Positions 1-10,900 of a stretch of DNA of 49,779 nt are shown here, in pieces. The first letter of the stretch is position 1; every line of letters begins with the position of its first letter. Source of the stretch: Atractiella rhizophila. Lineage: Eukaryota. The notes under the pieces were generated by a model. It did no database searches and was not told the DNA's origin. It was given only the letters and a program-made list of their open reading frames with translations. The stretch is from the NCBI GenBank assembly GCA_021432655.1, contig MU271215.1, positions 64,481-114,259 of the forward strand, written 5' to 3'. Both the position numbers and the translations under genes were made by a program.

Positions 1-1164
1 CGTCACGGATTCGTAAGAGAAGGAGGAAGATGAGAAACACTTACATTCACCCTCTTTGCCTAACTCCACAAGCCTCTCTCTCTGCTCCCAACCGAGCGCG
101 ACAGCTGGTAGGTCCTGCCTGGTCAGAGTGAAGTTGATGAACCCGTCTCCTGGTTGCCTATAACTTGCAGGATCGTCTTGCAATCCCTTCCATCCCAACC
201 CCAATCCTTTCAGCTCCCCCACGAACCGCTCAATAAGACTTGTCAAATCAGTTGCGCGCTTCAAATCTTTCGCCTCTCCGTAAATCTCTGCTTTGGCCTC
301 CCCTGTTTTGATATGGATAGTAAACGTATCACCACGTTCATTGGCCATGACATTGCTCCTGTGCCTGAGATCATTTGGCTCCAAACCCCAAAAAGGTGCG
401 AGGTCGTGCGCTATCTGAGTGGAAAGGAGGTGAGGGAGTTTGACATTGTGCTTTTGACAGAAAGCGAGGAAACGATCGTAGCCTTTCGGGGGATGACGCT
501 TGTGTGTCGACCGATATGCGTCGTAGAAGGCCTTGTAAGACGAGAGCTTTGACGGGTTAGTGGAGGGTGGAAGCTTCGGTGCGCTGTCGAGCATATGGGC
601 CCATTGTTCCTGAGCGCGACGAATGAGGAAAGCGACAGGGTGTTCTTGGGATTCGGTTGCGGAAACCGGATCTGCCTCCACTTCTGATTCGGAGCTGGGC
701 TGGGAGGTAGGGGAAAGGTAGGACGGCGGAAGAACATAAAGGCCATTCTGGTGAAAGAACGGTTTAGTCGTATCCACTTCCTCCTTTACGCCACCTTTCG
801 AGCCGCTATTCTCAATGTCGAAATCGAATTCTGTTTCCCCAACATCCTCCTCACCCTCTTCTACCTCCTCCGAATCATCCCAAACCCTCCCATCCCCCAT
901 TCCACCCACAATCTTCCCACCCGAAGCATCCTGATCCTCCCATCCTTTACTCACACTGTTAACCCACTCGGAAAAGCTCTTCCCGAATCCACCAACCGCT
1001 CCTTCAACGTTACCGCGCCACTCGGTATAGTTGACATTGTCGAAATCTATACCTGCGGTCTTCAACACGCTGTGTGCTGCTTGGCGGTTGTGGGAAGGCA
1101 GGAGGAGGATGAAAACTGCGATCAGGGTGCAGAGAAAGACGAGGACTTTAGGTCGGGTGATCAT
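1..1164 (-). CDS. Glycosyltransferase family 90 (CAP10/Cxt1-like xylosyltransferase), 5' part; gene runs off the window
   Basis: Manual translation from ATG 1164 gives MITRPKVLVFLCTLIAVFILLL (type II anchor), an acidic stem, then YRSTHKRHPPKGYDRFLAFC...QIAHDLAPFWGLEPNDLR...INFTLTRQDLP, resembling fungal GT90 N-terminal motifs. GTAAGT donor at 44. Not in the ORF track. Confidence 0.75.
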   Translation of the reverse strand, partial: MITRPKVLVFLCTLIAVFILLLPSHNRQAAHSVLKTAGIDFDNVNYTEWRGNVEGAVGGFGKSFSEWVNSVSKGWEDQDASGGKIVGGMGDGRVWDDSEEVEEGEEDVGETEFDFDIENSGSKGGVKEEVDTTKPFFHQNGLYVLPPSYLSPTSQPSSESEVEADPVSATESQEHPVAFLIRRAQEQWAHMLDSAPKLPPSTNPSKLSSYKAFYDAYRSTHKRHPPKGYDRFLAFCQKHNVKLPHLLSTQIAHDLAPFWGLEPNDLRHRSNVMANERGDTFTIHIKTGEAKAEIYGEAKDLKRATDLTSLIERFVGELKGLGLGWKGLQDDPASYRQPGDGFINFTLTRQDLPAVALGWEQRERLVELGKEGECKCFSSSSFSYESVT

Positions 1165-2250
1165 CGAGATCGATTGGATACTTTGAGAAGGAGTATTATG
1201 GGTTTATTAGGCGTTAATGATACTTTTTGAAGGAAAGTGGTTGTCTGGTTGTTGCAAGGAGGCGGCTGGAAATGCAGGTGAGCAGATTTTAGGAACAACG
1301 AAGACCAACAGGGGTTCAGAAGAATGGATAGAATGCTAGACACAATACATAAGGCATTGACGAGAAGGAAATGGAGTATGAGGCAAACAATGAAACTGTC
1401 AACAATGAAGCTCAGTCGAAGGTTCAGTGGTGTGTGATCCGCTTTCACCTCCAAATCCACTTCTCACAAGAAACATATGCTATTATCAATCATTCTATTC
1501 TGCTTTCTATTTGAATCACGTTCCCAGATTCACATGCAGCCAACCGCTTGACGAGTCTTCATGTCACGTGACTGTTTTCATTTCTACCGGGACATCCTCG
1601 CGTTAAACTTGAAAGCCTTGGCTAAATCACATACCGTGCTGAGAGATATGAATGGACATCCAGGGTGAGCTGCCGACGACGAAAGACAGGCAAATTTGTC
1701 TAAGATTACAGTAACAGATGAGTAAAAACTTTTACTGAAACCTCTACTGTATCAAAGTTACCTCTGTAAAGCAATGATGACAACGTGGATGAATGTCCAG
1801 GGGAAAATAAAAACCACAAAAGAGACGATGGGAACTGAAGGCGCACATCACAGCTACTTAGATGATGAGATGAAGATCATAGCAGGGAACCAAGTTGACA
1901 AAGACGAGACGAGACGGCGTTGAAAGGCCACAGTAACGTTAGAGTCGTCAGGAAGGACAGTCTAACGCAACGAAGCGAAATCTGGGCAGAAATTGGTTAT
2001 GCAGCAAGGCGTTATCATGATGGAACTTGAAAATTTTTAACTAACAGATCGATCAATGGAATTAATCCGCAGGAGTCACACAGACGTCGTGATGGTAGCA
2101 TGAAAAGTTGAAGCAAAGACAAAGACAACACGTATGAAGCTCATATGAACGGAGTTTGAGGATGTTTGATTTGTATAAGTGGCACAAGAAAAGACTTCGG
2201 TGGCGTGTGAGAAGCAAATAAGACTCATGGATGTTCGACTCAATCGAAAA

Positions 2251-5200
2251 CTATGCGGATGGACGGGAGGGTGAAGTCTTCTCCATCTTCTTCCTCAAAG
2301 CAGATAAACGAGCTTGAATGGAACTGATGAACTTGTCCAATGTCGCCGTGTCCTCGAGCTCTTCATCCTCACCTTCAACCGAGACGGGAGAGGTGTGAAT
2401 CGTCTTATCTCGACATGCGTACAACATCCAGAGCGCAGTCTCATATTCAGACTCGCATTCGGAGGGGTTCTCCCCACTCAGCTCCCGCACGGCTGCTGAT
2501 CGAGACTAATGAGCGCAAAGTAAGTCATCGACACATCTTGTTCGAAGGGAGCTGAAAGAGGAAGCCTTACAATCTCAAGCGCTTTGTCATACAACAGCTT
2601 CTCGGCGTTCAAAGCTGATTCAGGCATAGTATCCTGGGCACGGGCTTTCACATATTCAGCTTTCTCAAAGCACTCATTGAAGCCGGATCGAAGCCATTGG
2701 ACAGCTATTATCTTTCATCAATGCCATAATTCATCAACAACACTGAGATGTAAACGAACCTTCATTAAAATCTGTGCTCGGCGCCTGTTGTCCAGCCCTC
2801 GTAGTCCAAAACGATTTCGCCTTCTCGATTCCCTTCTGGAGAAAAGCGAGCGATGAAATGTACAGGATGAGAGCCTCTGCGGCTGCGATTTCAACAGTCG
2901 AACTCAAGCCAATATCTCGATCCAACGACGAGCTTGAACCCCTTCGGTCGCCCCTCTGAAGCATGGCATTCACTCCAGCTACTGCATTACTGGTAGGTTC
3001 AACTGATGGGGTTGGAGGCAGGAGAGTGGCAAGTTTCTCGTCCGCATAGTGAGATATGACAAGTGCCTTCTTCGCCAAATCCTCCAACTCATCAATCACA
3101 GTAAGCTCGGCAGGATCGCTTTCTACCACTCCTGTGCCTGTGCCTGTTCCTCCATTCCCATCGCTGACAAGCCTTGACGGACCGGGCCGACGATACCCTT
3201 TTCTCTTGCGTGAAGAGAAGAAGATTCCCTCGGCCATACTCGCGCCGAAAAGTTTCAGGCTGGCCTTATTGATCACCTTAACGATCGCTGCTGACGGCCC
3301 ACCGACAAGGGCAAGGGGTGAAGATGAATGACGGTCCAAGCTTCCAGGGCGGAAGAGAGCGTTTCCAATGGCTTCTCGCTGGGATGTCCCACGGGGAGAA
3401 GTGCCAAATCCGTATGCGAGTGGAGAAGGAGAAGAAGGTGATGTGCCGGTTGGACGACCAGGAATCGCGAATGCTGCTTCGTATACTCCAGCTCCCGGAG
3501 TGGGAGGGTAGTTGGCGACACCTTGCGAGCCGTTATTGTTCGACGACGACGTGCTCGGTTGTCGATTGAGGAATCCTCTCGAATTTCGCCGCCCAAGAGT
3601 TTTCGGGCCATACGCCAGCTCATCTGCGAGCGCATTGATTTCTACGTTCTGCTTCTCCACTACGACATACTCTTTTCCTAGCAAGAGAGAGTCTTCCGGC
3701 GACGGCTGTGATGCAGGTGGATGGAAAGAGGATGAAGGTGATGAGGAGAGACGAGAGGGAGGTTGTTGAGGAGTTGACGCGCGAGTCGAAGGGTTGGTGT
3801 TCGCGTGTGCGATTGCGTAGTCTCTCACGCGCACACCAGCTGGGGGAGGGGGTGTAGCAGTTGTTCTAGGGGTAGCGAAGGCGGGTGCGTAGGGGGACGA
3901 AGAGGAGGTCGAAGGCTGAGGTGAGTGCGAAGTGCGGCCAGTTGGATTAAGCGGAGAGGGAGGGGACGGAGACGAAGGTTTCGAGATTAGCGGTGGTTTG
4001 CCATATCCATATTCTAGTGAAGGTTGTCGCGAACGAGTGTAAGTGTTGTACGACTTGGGAGAAGAGGACAGGGTGGTTTGAACTGCTGTTGCTGCTGTGG
4101 GAGGGGGAGGTGAAGGGGAAAGGTGAATCGGCACATGTGGTGGAGGAGATGGAGAAGGGGCAGAAGCTGTTCGCATATGGGAAGGGAGAACGAAGGCTCC
4201 TTGTTCAAACTCCCTCTCCCTCCCAGCTTTCCTCTCCTCTCTATTTTCCTTGCGCTCTCTTGCCTCCCGTTCTACCTCCACCTCATGAGCACTTCGAGGT
4301 CTAATCTTCCCAGCCATCGCAAAGTAAACCTGGAAATCCATCCTCTCCGCTGGATTCCGCTTTAACAATCCCCTCACCAATTCCTTTATATCCTCCTTCA
4401 CCACGGTCTTCTGTCTCTTCACTCCATTGCCATTTCCACCGCTACTTCCCTCTTCCTTCCGTTCATCCGGCCATCTAATAGTTCCATCCCCTTTCTCTAT
4501 TCTCCTCAAAAGCTCCACATGATTTTGTGCTCTATACGGCGCGCGTCCAACACACATCTCGTAAATGACTGCACCAACGCTCCACAAATCAGCCGAAGCA
4601 CCATATTTCTCGTAGCGTAGTATCTCGGGCGCCATGTACAAGGGTGAACCACAAAGAGTTTCGGCGAGCGACTGGGATGGGAGCCACCGCGCGAACCCGA
4701 AGTCGGCCACTTTGAGATAGGGGATTTGGGGTCGAGATGGGGATGAGGAAGACTGTGGGGAGGATGGGGAGGAGGGAAGTGAACGGGGGTGAAGCAACAG
4801 GTTTTGAGGTTTGATGTCTCGATGGATGATGTTTCGCGAAAACAAGAACTTCATCGCTTCAGCTATCCATGCAATCGTCATGTACTCTGTCGCAGGGAAA
4901 CACGAGAAGACGAACTGAGTTGTCCACAGAAGTCGCGCACGACCATCTCGTTTAAACCGCCATCAGGAGGATTTGGATACTCTTTCCCCAATCCAAGTGA
5001 CATCTCTCTCTTCTGCGCTTCGGGATTGGCATGCCTCTTCGGGATGTACAATGAGAGGTCGCCCATTGAACAGTAGAACATCATGAGATAAATATGGCTC
5101 TCCGTTTTCTGCGCCAAGTATCTTAGCGTATTACATGGGATTGAAGAGGAATGGAGGATGTAGAAGTGATGACGAACCACTATGTCAATCAACTCGACAA

Positions 5201-5759
5201 TGTTGGTATGTGATATCCCTTTCAGAATCTCGATTTCAGACTCTAGATTCTCGAGCAGTTTCGAAGTGAGTTTGGATCGTATGACTGATTTGATTGCTAT
5301 CGGTTGCGTTTGTGTTTGTGATCTGGAAGAATTCTGCGGGTCAAGGGGGAGGAGTCAGTCGTGCAGCCAGTGCGTTATGTAAGGCAGGTTCAACTCGTCC
5401 AGCGAGAACAGATGCGCAAATGCTCCTCATTTTGCCTCGAAGGAGGAAGAACAAGAATAACCCAATTTATGATTGAAGGGACAGTGTGGAAAGCAATTCT
5501 CAGGAGGAGGAGAAGCATCGCGAAATACGCCACTCCTATCACGTAACATTCGCTCCTCTCATGTACCCCCTTACAATCTCGCAATGCCAATCCCACATAT
5601 TTTGGATTACATGGATGATGCTCATAAGGATAGGAAAGAACTTACCTTTGCCCTCCCACGATAAACAGTTGCAAAGCTCCCCTTGCCAATCTCCTCCTCA
5701 ATCTCGTACTTTCCCCCCAACATCTGATTCTCCTTCCGAGTGCTACTGCTAGTAGCCAT
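2251..5759 (-). CDS. ATG1: Autophagy Ser/Thr kinase Atg1 (multi-exon)
   Basis: Exon 1 encodes MATSSS...[13 protein letters not shown]. Later exons give [76 protein letters not shown], a long Ser/Pro linker, and a C-terminal MIT-like region ([10 protein letters not shown]...[11 protein letters not shown]). Confidence 0.95.
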
Positions 5760-6261
5760 GTCACATAGGTTTGCTGGTGTGCCACCTTCCACAAATTCCT
5801 GGTCTTTCTGTGAGACTGGGAGCGTGGTTGTGGCAGGTTGTGAAGTCAGGTCGGAGGCGGGCGGAGGTCAGCTGATACGTGTGATAAGATCTCAAGCGGG
5901 TGCGATGTTGAGTGGATGACGAGCAGAGATCTTCGACAGTCACTAGTCCACGACGATAAATGACAGCATTCTGTGGCAGAGAGGCTTGTTGAAGTTCCAA
6001 ACGGGTGAGTTCTCCATTTCTCTGACCTTTTTTGGTGTTGTGTTTCTCAGCTGATCATGAACGCAGGGAAGAGGACTTTGAGCTTTTCCGACCCTCGATA
6101 ACGTCCCTACAGCTATCCAGTTACCTTGCAAACTCGCTCTAACGTTTCTCAACACGCACAACTTTACTCCACCAAAATTTGCGAATTGCACCTCAGCTCC
6201 AGGATCACAGCCAAAGTCAGGTGCATCCTGCTCCCTCTACCTGTTTTTCATGCTCGGCAAC

Positions 6262-7983
6262 GGGGAGTATTCCTTTATATTTGTTGGTTAAGAGGAGATG
6301 ATTCGTTATCCTTTGAGTCATTTTGGGCATGGGTTGAGCGAAGGAAAGGTATTACTTGTTCGTTCAAAAGTCTCCACTCTGATGCTGTCGTGTTCACGCA
6401 GAATTAAACGGTTGGTTATAGAAAAGAGACCAAGCATCCACTCATCTATCGATCCTACCAATCCGGCGATCCTCGAGTTGAGCGAGTCAAGCAACCATTC
6501 CCATCGAGCGCCTGTCTTGCTTGTAGAGCGTGAGTGTTTCTTCTCTTGAGCTCTGTGGCTTCGACGGCAGCCGCAGATGCCATGAGGTGGCTTCGATTGG
6601 GAATGTTCAGCTCACGGCGTCATTCAATATAATTTCATGCACGACACTCGTCTGAACACGCTTCGTTGCGACATATAAGTAACGATACTTGAGACTTTGA
6701 GTCAATGATCGCTTTGCTAACAGAAAGTTCTTTAGGTTAAAAGAGCTAAGAATCGATGCCAGCATTCCTCGACAGCAACATGTCGAGCTTGATGCCGACA
6801 GTCCCATCATCGCAGAGGTAGCTTAGACCTTCCGACACGTATACTCTTGAATGTTTGTCAGCGAATATCGATCAACATGTCTCTCTGCTCAACATGGTGG
6901 CTGTGCGACACACTTGACAGAAATTGACAGAAAATGTACCCCGGATGCTTTACTTCTGGCTGGTTGTCAAACGGAAGAGGCCCGCTGTGAGTTGGAATAG
7001 GCAAGTTAGATTGAAACAATTTGATGTTAGTTTCGGCCGCTTGGTACCTTCGTTCCGCACAGGTATCAGCAATGCATCTATCCAGGTTTCTCCTTCCCTC
7101 TTCCTATAATCGGGATGAGCTGACATCCATATTAGTGTCAAATCACATATCGTGCTACACATCTTCGAAGTTACTTATCTAAAGATTCGTACTTCGACCC
7201 CATTAAGCGCTAGTTCCACATGCTCCACCAAAGCCAATATCCCCTGTCTTCCACCTGAGGTCGTAGCGCCGTTCTTCCTGAACCAAAGTCAGGTGCCTGT
7301 GGATTCAAAGTAAAGGCGACGCGGGAGAACTGTGTCGGGAGACACGATCCTGAACCGATGCTGCCGTCCATTTTTGAACCAATGCTAGAGTCGCAGAATC
7401 GCGTGAGTGTTTCTTTCCGTATTTTGGGGACTTCAAGTAGAGGAGTGTGTTAGAATTGAACCTTCATACTTACACTCTGTATCCAGTAACGCAACTTTAT
7501 CGACGACGTACCAATGCATATCGTCACGTATACTTCCTCTCTCCTTCCTATCTTTGCTCCCGTGTCCGTTTTTGTTCACGGTCGATTCGCTTCCCCGCGC
7601 TCATTCACTGAAGTCCAATCACAAACCACATGGAGCAGATCCGATCCCTCCACTCATACTCATACATTCGGTCAAACTTTGCTTGGTTTGTGCCATCCAC
7701 ATTGTGATGACTCGCGCTCCATGGAGGTATGGAGCAGCTTTGAAAGATGCTAGAACACTCAGCTTCCTGTTGTCTTGGTGATGGAAAGATTACCAAAGAG
7801 ACTCCGATGTCCTGAAAGTTATGATTGAGAAGAATAATGGTACTCCTATTGGGCAGACTTTGCTTCATAATCCGCGTTGGGGTCAAGTTCCCCAATCCAT
7901 CGTCTTCGCTTGGGTTGCTTGTTACTGTCAGGCCGTTGGTTGTCCTTGCAAATGGCGCCAGCGCGTTCGTCATCTCCAGATGA
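6262..7983. repeat. Upstream block P1, homologous to diverged copy P2 at 8695-9951
   Basis: Collinear similarity: 6262-6647 ~ 8695-9080, ~6712-6797 ~ ~9221-9319, ~7331-7983 ~ ~9320-9952, with many substitutions and indels. Near-identical ORF translations (MIRYPLSHFGHGLSEGKVL...). Confidence 0.9.
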
Positions 7984-10900
7984 TGCCTTGAAAGATTCCC
8001 CTCCAGGGCCACTCCCTTCTTATCCTTTGACGTGGGGCGCTGGAACGAAGCATGGCACTCCAGAATGTCAGATCATCACAGAGGATCTTCCGTCTTCCCC
8101 AGGCAGATGGGATGTCATTCTACTCTTCATGCCATCCATTCTTGGCCTCGCTTTCTGTATCTTCTGCTTTGGTGTCCGATACTCAAATGCGGTTGTCGTC
8201 TCTCACTCAACATCGCACATCGCAGAAATCCGTGGAGCCTTTAACGCGCTGTGGAACACGTGGATATTTGTTTCTTTGCTCTTTGCGGACAACATTATCG
8301 ATGCCATTCGGTCACAAGAGTGGTTCAGGCGATTGAGAGGCGGAGGGAAAGAAGGGACACCGTTCGCGGCTATTGATCACGTCTCAAGTGGACTTGGAGG
8401 TCTCTTGCGACATGCAGTCGCTTTGCTTGGATATCGCAGAAGCTCCACTTCTTTCAAAGTTTTCTATGCTTCCTATTCCATGAGAATGTTTATTAACGTT
8501 GAGATGTACAGATTGGTTTCCTTGCTGCGCTCATTGGACTTGGGCTGAATGATCTCGCCCCTTCGATCTTGCAGATTGTTCCAGGTTTGTTGCTGCTCTC
8601 TTGCCGCTTTGTGTTCACATATGATCGACTTGCAGGTTGGACTTCTGCACACATGAACACTGTGATGATTCCTTCTTTGCCAGCTAATTCCCTAGGGGAG
8701 TATGCCTTTATATTTGTTGGTTAAGAGGAGATGATTCGTTATCCTTTGAGTCATTTTGGGCATGGGTTGAGCGAAGGAAAGGTATTACCTGTCTGTTCAA
8801 GAGTCTCCTCTCTGATGCTGTGGTGTTCACGCAGGATTAAACGGTTGGTTATAGAAAAGAGACCACGCATCCACTCATCCGTCGATCCTACCAATCCGCC
8901 GATCCTCGAGTTGAGCGATTCAAGCAACCATTCCCCATCGAGCGCCTTTCTGGCTTGTAGAGCGTGAGTGTCTCTTCTCTTGAGCTCTGTGTCTTCAACT
9001 GAGCCGCAGATGTCATGAGGTGGCTCCGATTGGGAATGTTCAGCTCACGGCGTCATGCAATATAATCTCATGCACGACACTGTTAACAGTTTTAATTTCG
9101 ATACTGCTTTACAATATCCCACTTCGTTAAGGGATCAGTAAATACGAAGTCCGAACGAGGTAGCTGTGGCAAACTTGGGTATCTCATTTCTTGGGAGGGT
9201 TACATGACATGAGCTGCATGTTTGCTGACAGAAAGTTCCTTGGGTTCAGAAGAGCTAAGAATCGAAATGAAAGTCAAAACGCCAGCATTCCTCCACAGCA
9301 ACATGACGAGCTTGATGCCTGTGTCGAGAGCAAAACACGATCCTGAACGGACGCTGCTGTCCATTTTTAAATGAATACGAGAGTCGCAGAATCGCGTGAG
9401 TGTTTCTTTCCATATGCGAGGACTCCAGGTAGAGTGTGCTGAAAATTGAACCTTCATACTTACACTCTGTATCCAGTAACGCAACTTTATCGATGATTCC
9501 AATGACATATCGTCACATATACTTCCACTCTCCCTACTATCTTTGCTCCCATGTCCGTTTTCGTCCATGTTCGATTCGCTTCTCCGCTCAACCCACATCC
9601 AGCAGATCCGGTCCCTCCGCTCATACATTCGGTCACACTCCGCTTGGTTTGTGCCACCCACATTTCGATGACTCGCGCTCCATGGAGCTATGGAGCAGCT
9701 TTGAAAGATGCTAGAACGACAAGCTTCCTGTTGCCTTGGAGATGGAAAGATTACCAAAGAGACTCCGATGTCCTGAAAGTTATGATTGAGAAGGATAACG
9801 CTGCTCCTATGAGGCAGACTTTGCTTCATAATCCGCGTTGGGGTCAAGTTCTCTAATCCTTCGCCTTCGCTTGGGTTGCTTGTCACTGTCAGGCTGTTGG
9901 TGTCCTTGCACTTGCACATGGCGCCAGCGCGTTCATCACCTCCAGCAGATGATCGCAGAAATCCGTGGAGCCTTTAACGCGCTGTGGAACACGTGGATAT
10001 TTGTTTCTTTGCTCTTTGCGGACAACATTATCGATGCCATTCGGTCACAAGAGTGGTTCAGGCGATTGAGAGGCGGAGGGAAAGAAGGGACACCGTTCGC
10101 GGCTATTGATCACGTCTCAAGTGGACTTGGAGGTCTCTTGCGACATGCAGTCGCTTTGCTTGGATATCGCAGAAGCTCCACTTCTTTCAAAGTTTTCTAT
10201 GCTTCCTATTCCATGAGAATGTTTATTAACGTTGAGATGTACAGATTGGTTTCCTTGCTGCGCTCATTGGACTTGGGCTGAATGATCTCGCCCCTTCGAT
10301 CTTGCAGATTGTTCCAGGTTTGTTGCTGCTCTCTTGCCGCTTTGTGTTCACATATGATCGACTTGCAGGTTGGACTTCTGCGCACATGAACACTGTGATG
10401 ATTCCTTCTTTGCCAGCTAATTCCCTCAATTCCGACTTTTCAAAGCCATTCAATATCTCTGTCAACACACGTGCATCTGCCGTTGCTCTCTACTATGTCG
10501 CACACCTACACAATATCTCAATCCCATCTTACTCATTTGTCCCTTCCAATGCCGTTCTTCCCCAACCAAACTCCACAAGAGCCACCGAAGCAGAGTCATA
10601 TGACAGTGACATTGCGACAATTGATTACCGCTGCGAGTGGACCAAGCCAACATTCATCAGTCTACCTGATAGGAACAAGACAGGCATGGAGTCCTTTGCG
10701 AACGTTACCTACGGCGCAAATGGATTCTACGGCCTGGGCGCAGCTCCTATCGAAAGCCAGTGTACATTCTTCTCTACCTTGACATAAAATATTGACATTT
10801 ATGTTCAGCCGTTATGCAGCTTGCTTCCATCTACACTCTGGACGATAATAAAACCTTGATACCTTCGTTTGATGGCATCCTTATCTTTGTTGCTCTAACC

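Noticed and set aside
1771..1842. ATGATGA...CTGA as a C/D snoRNA
   Set aside because: No convincing terminal stem or recognisable rRNA guide, and ATGA words are frequent in this region.
7407..7950. ORFs shared by P1/P2 (MTRAPWxYGAALKDAR...) as a conserved gene
   Set aside because: The similarity is explained by the DNA duplication. Stops and indels differ between copies and no domain is recognisable.
8219..10426. X/X' as LTRs of a retroelement
   Set aside because: The repeats are exon/intron sequence of the host gene. There are no TG...CA ends, PBS/PPT or gag/pol, and the interior is a copy of the gene's upstream region.
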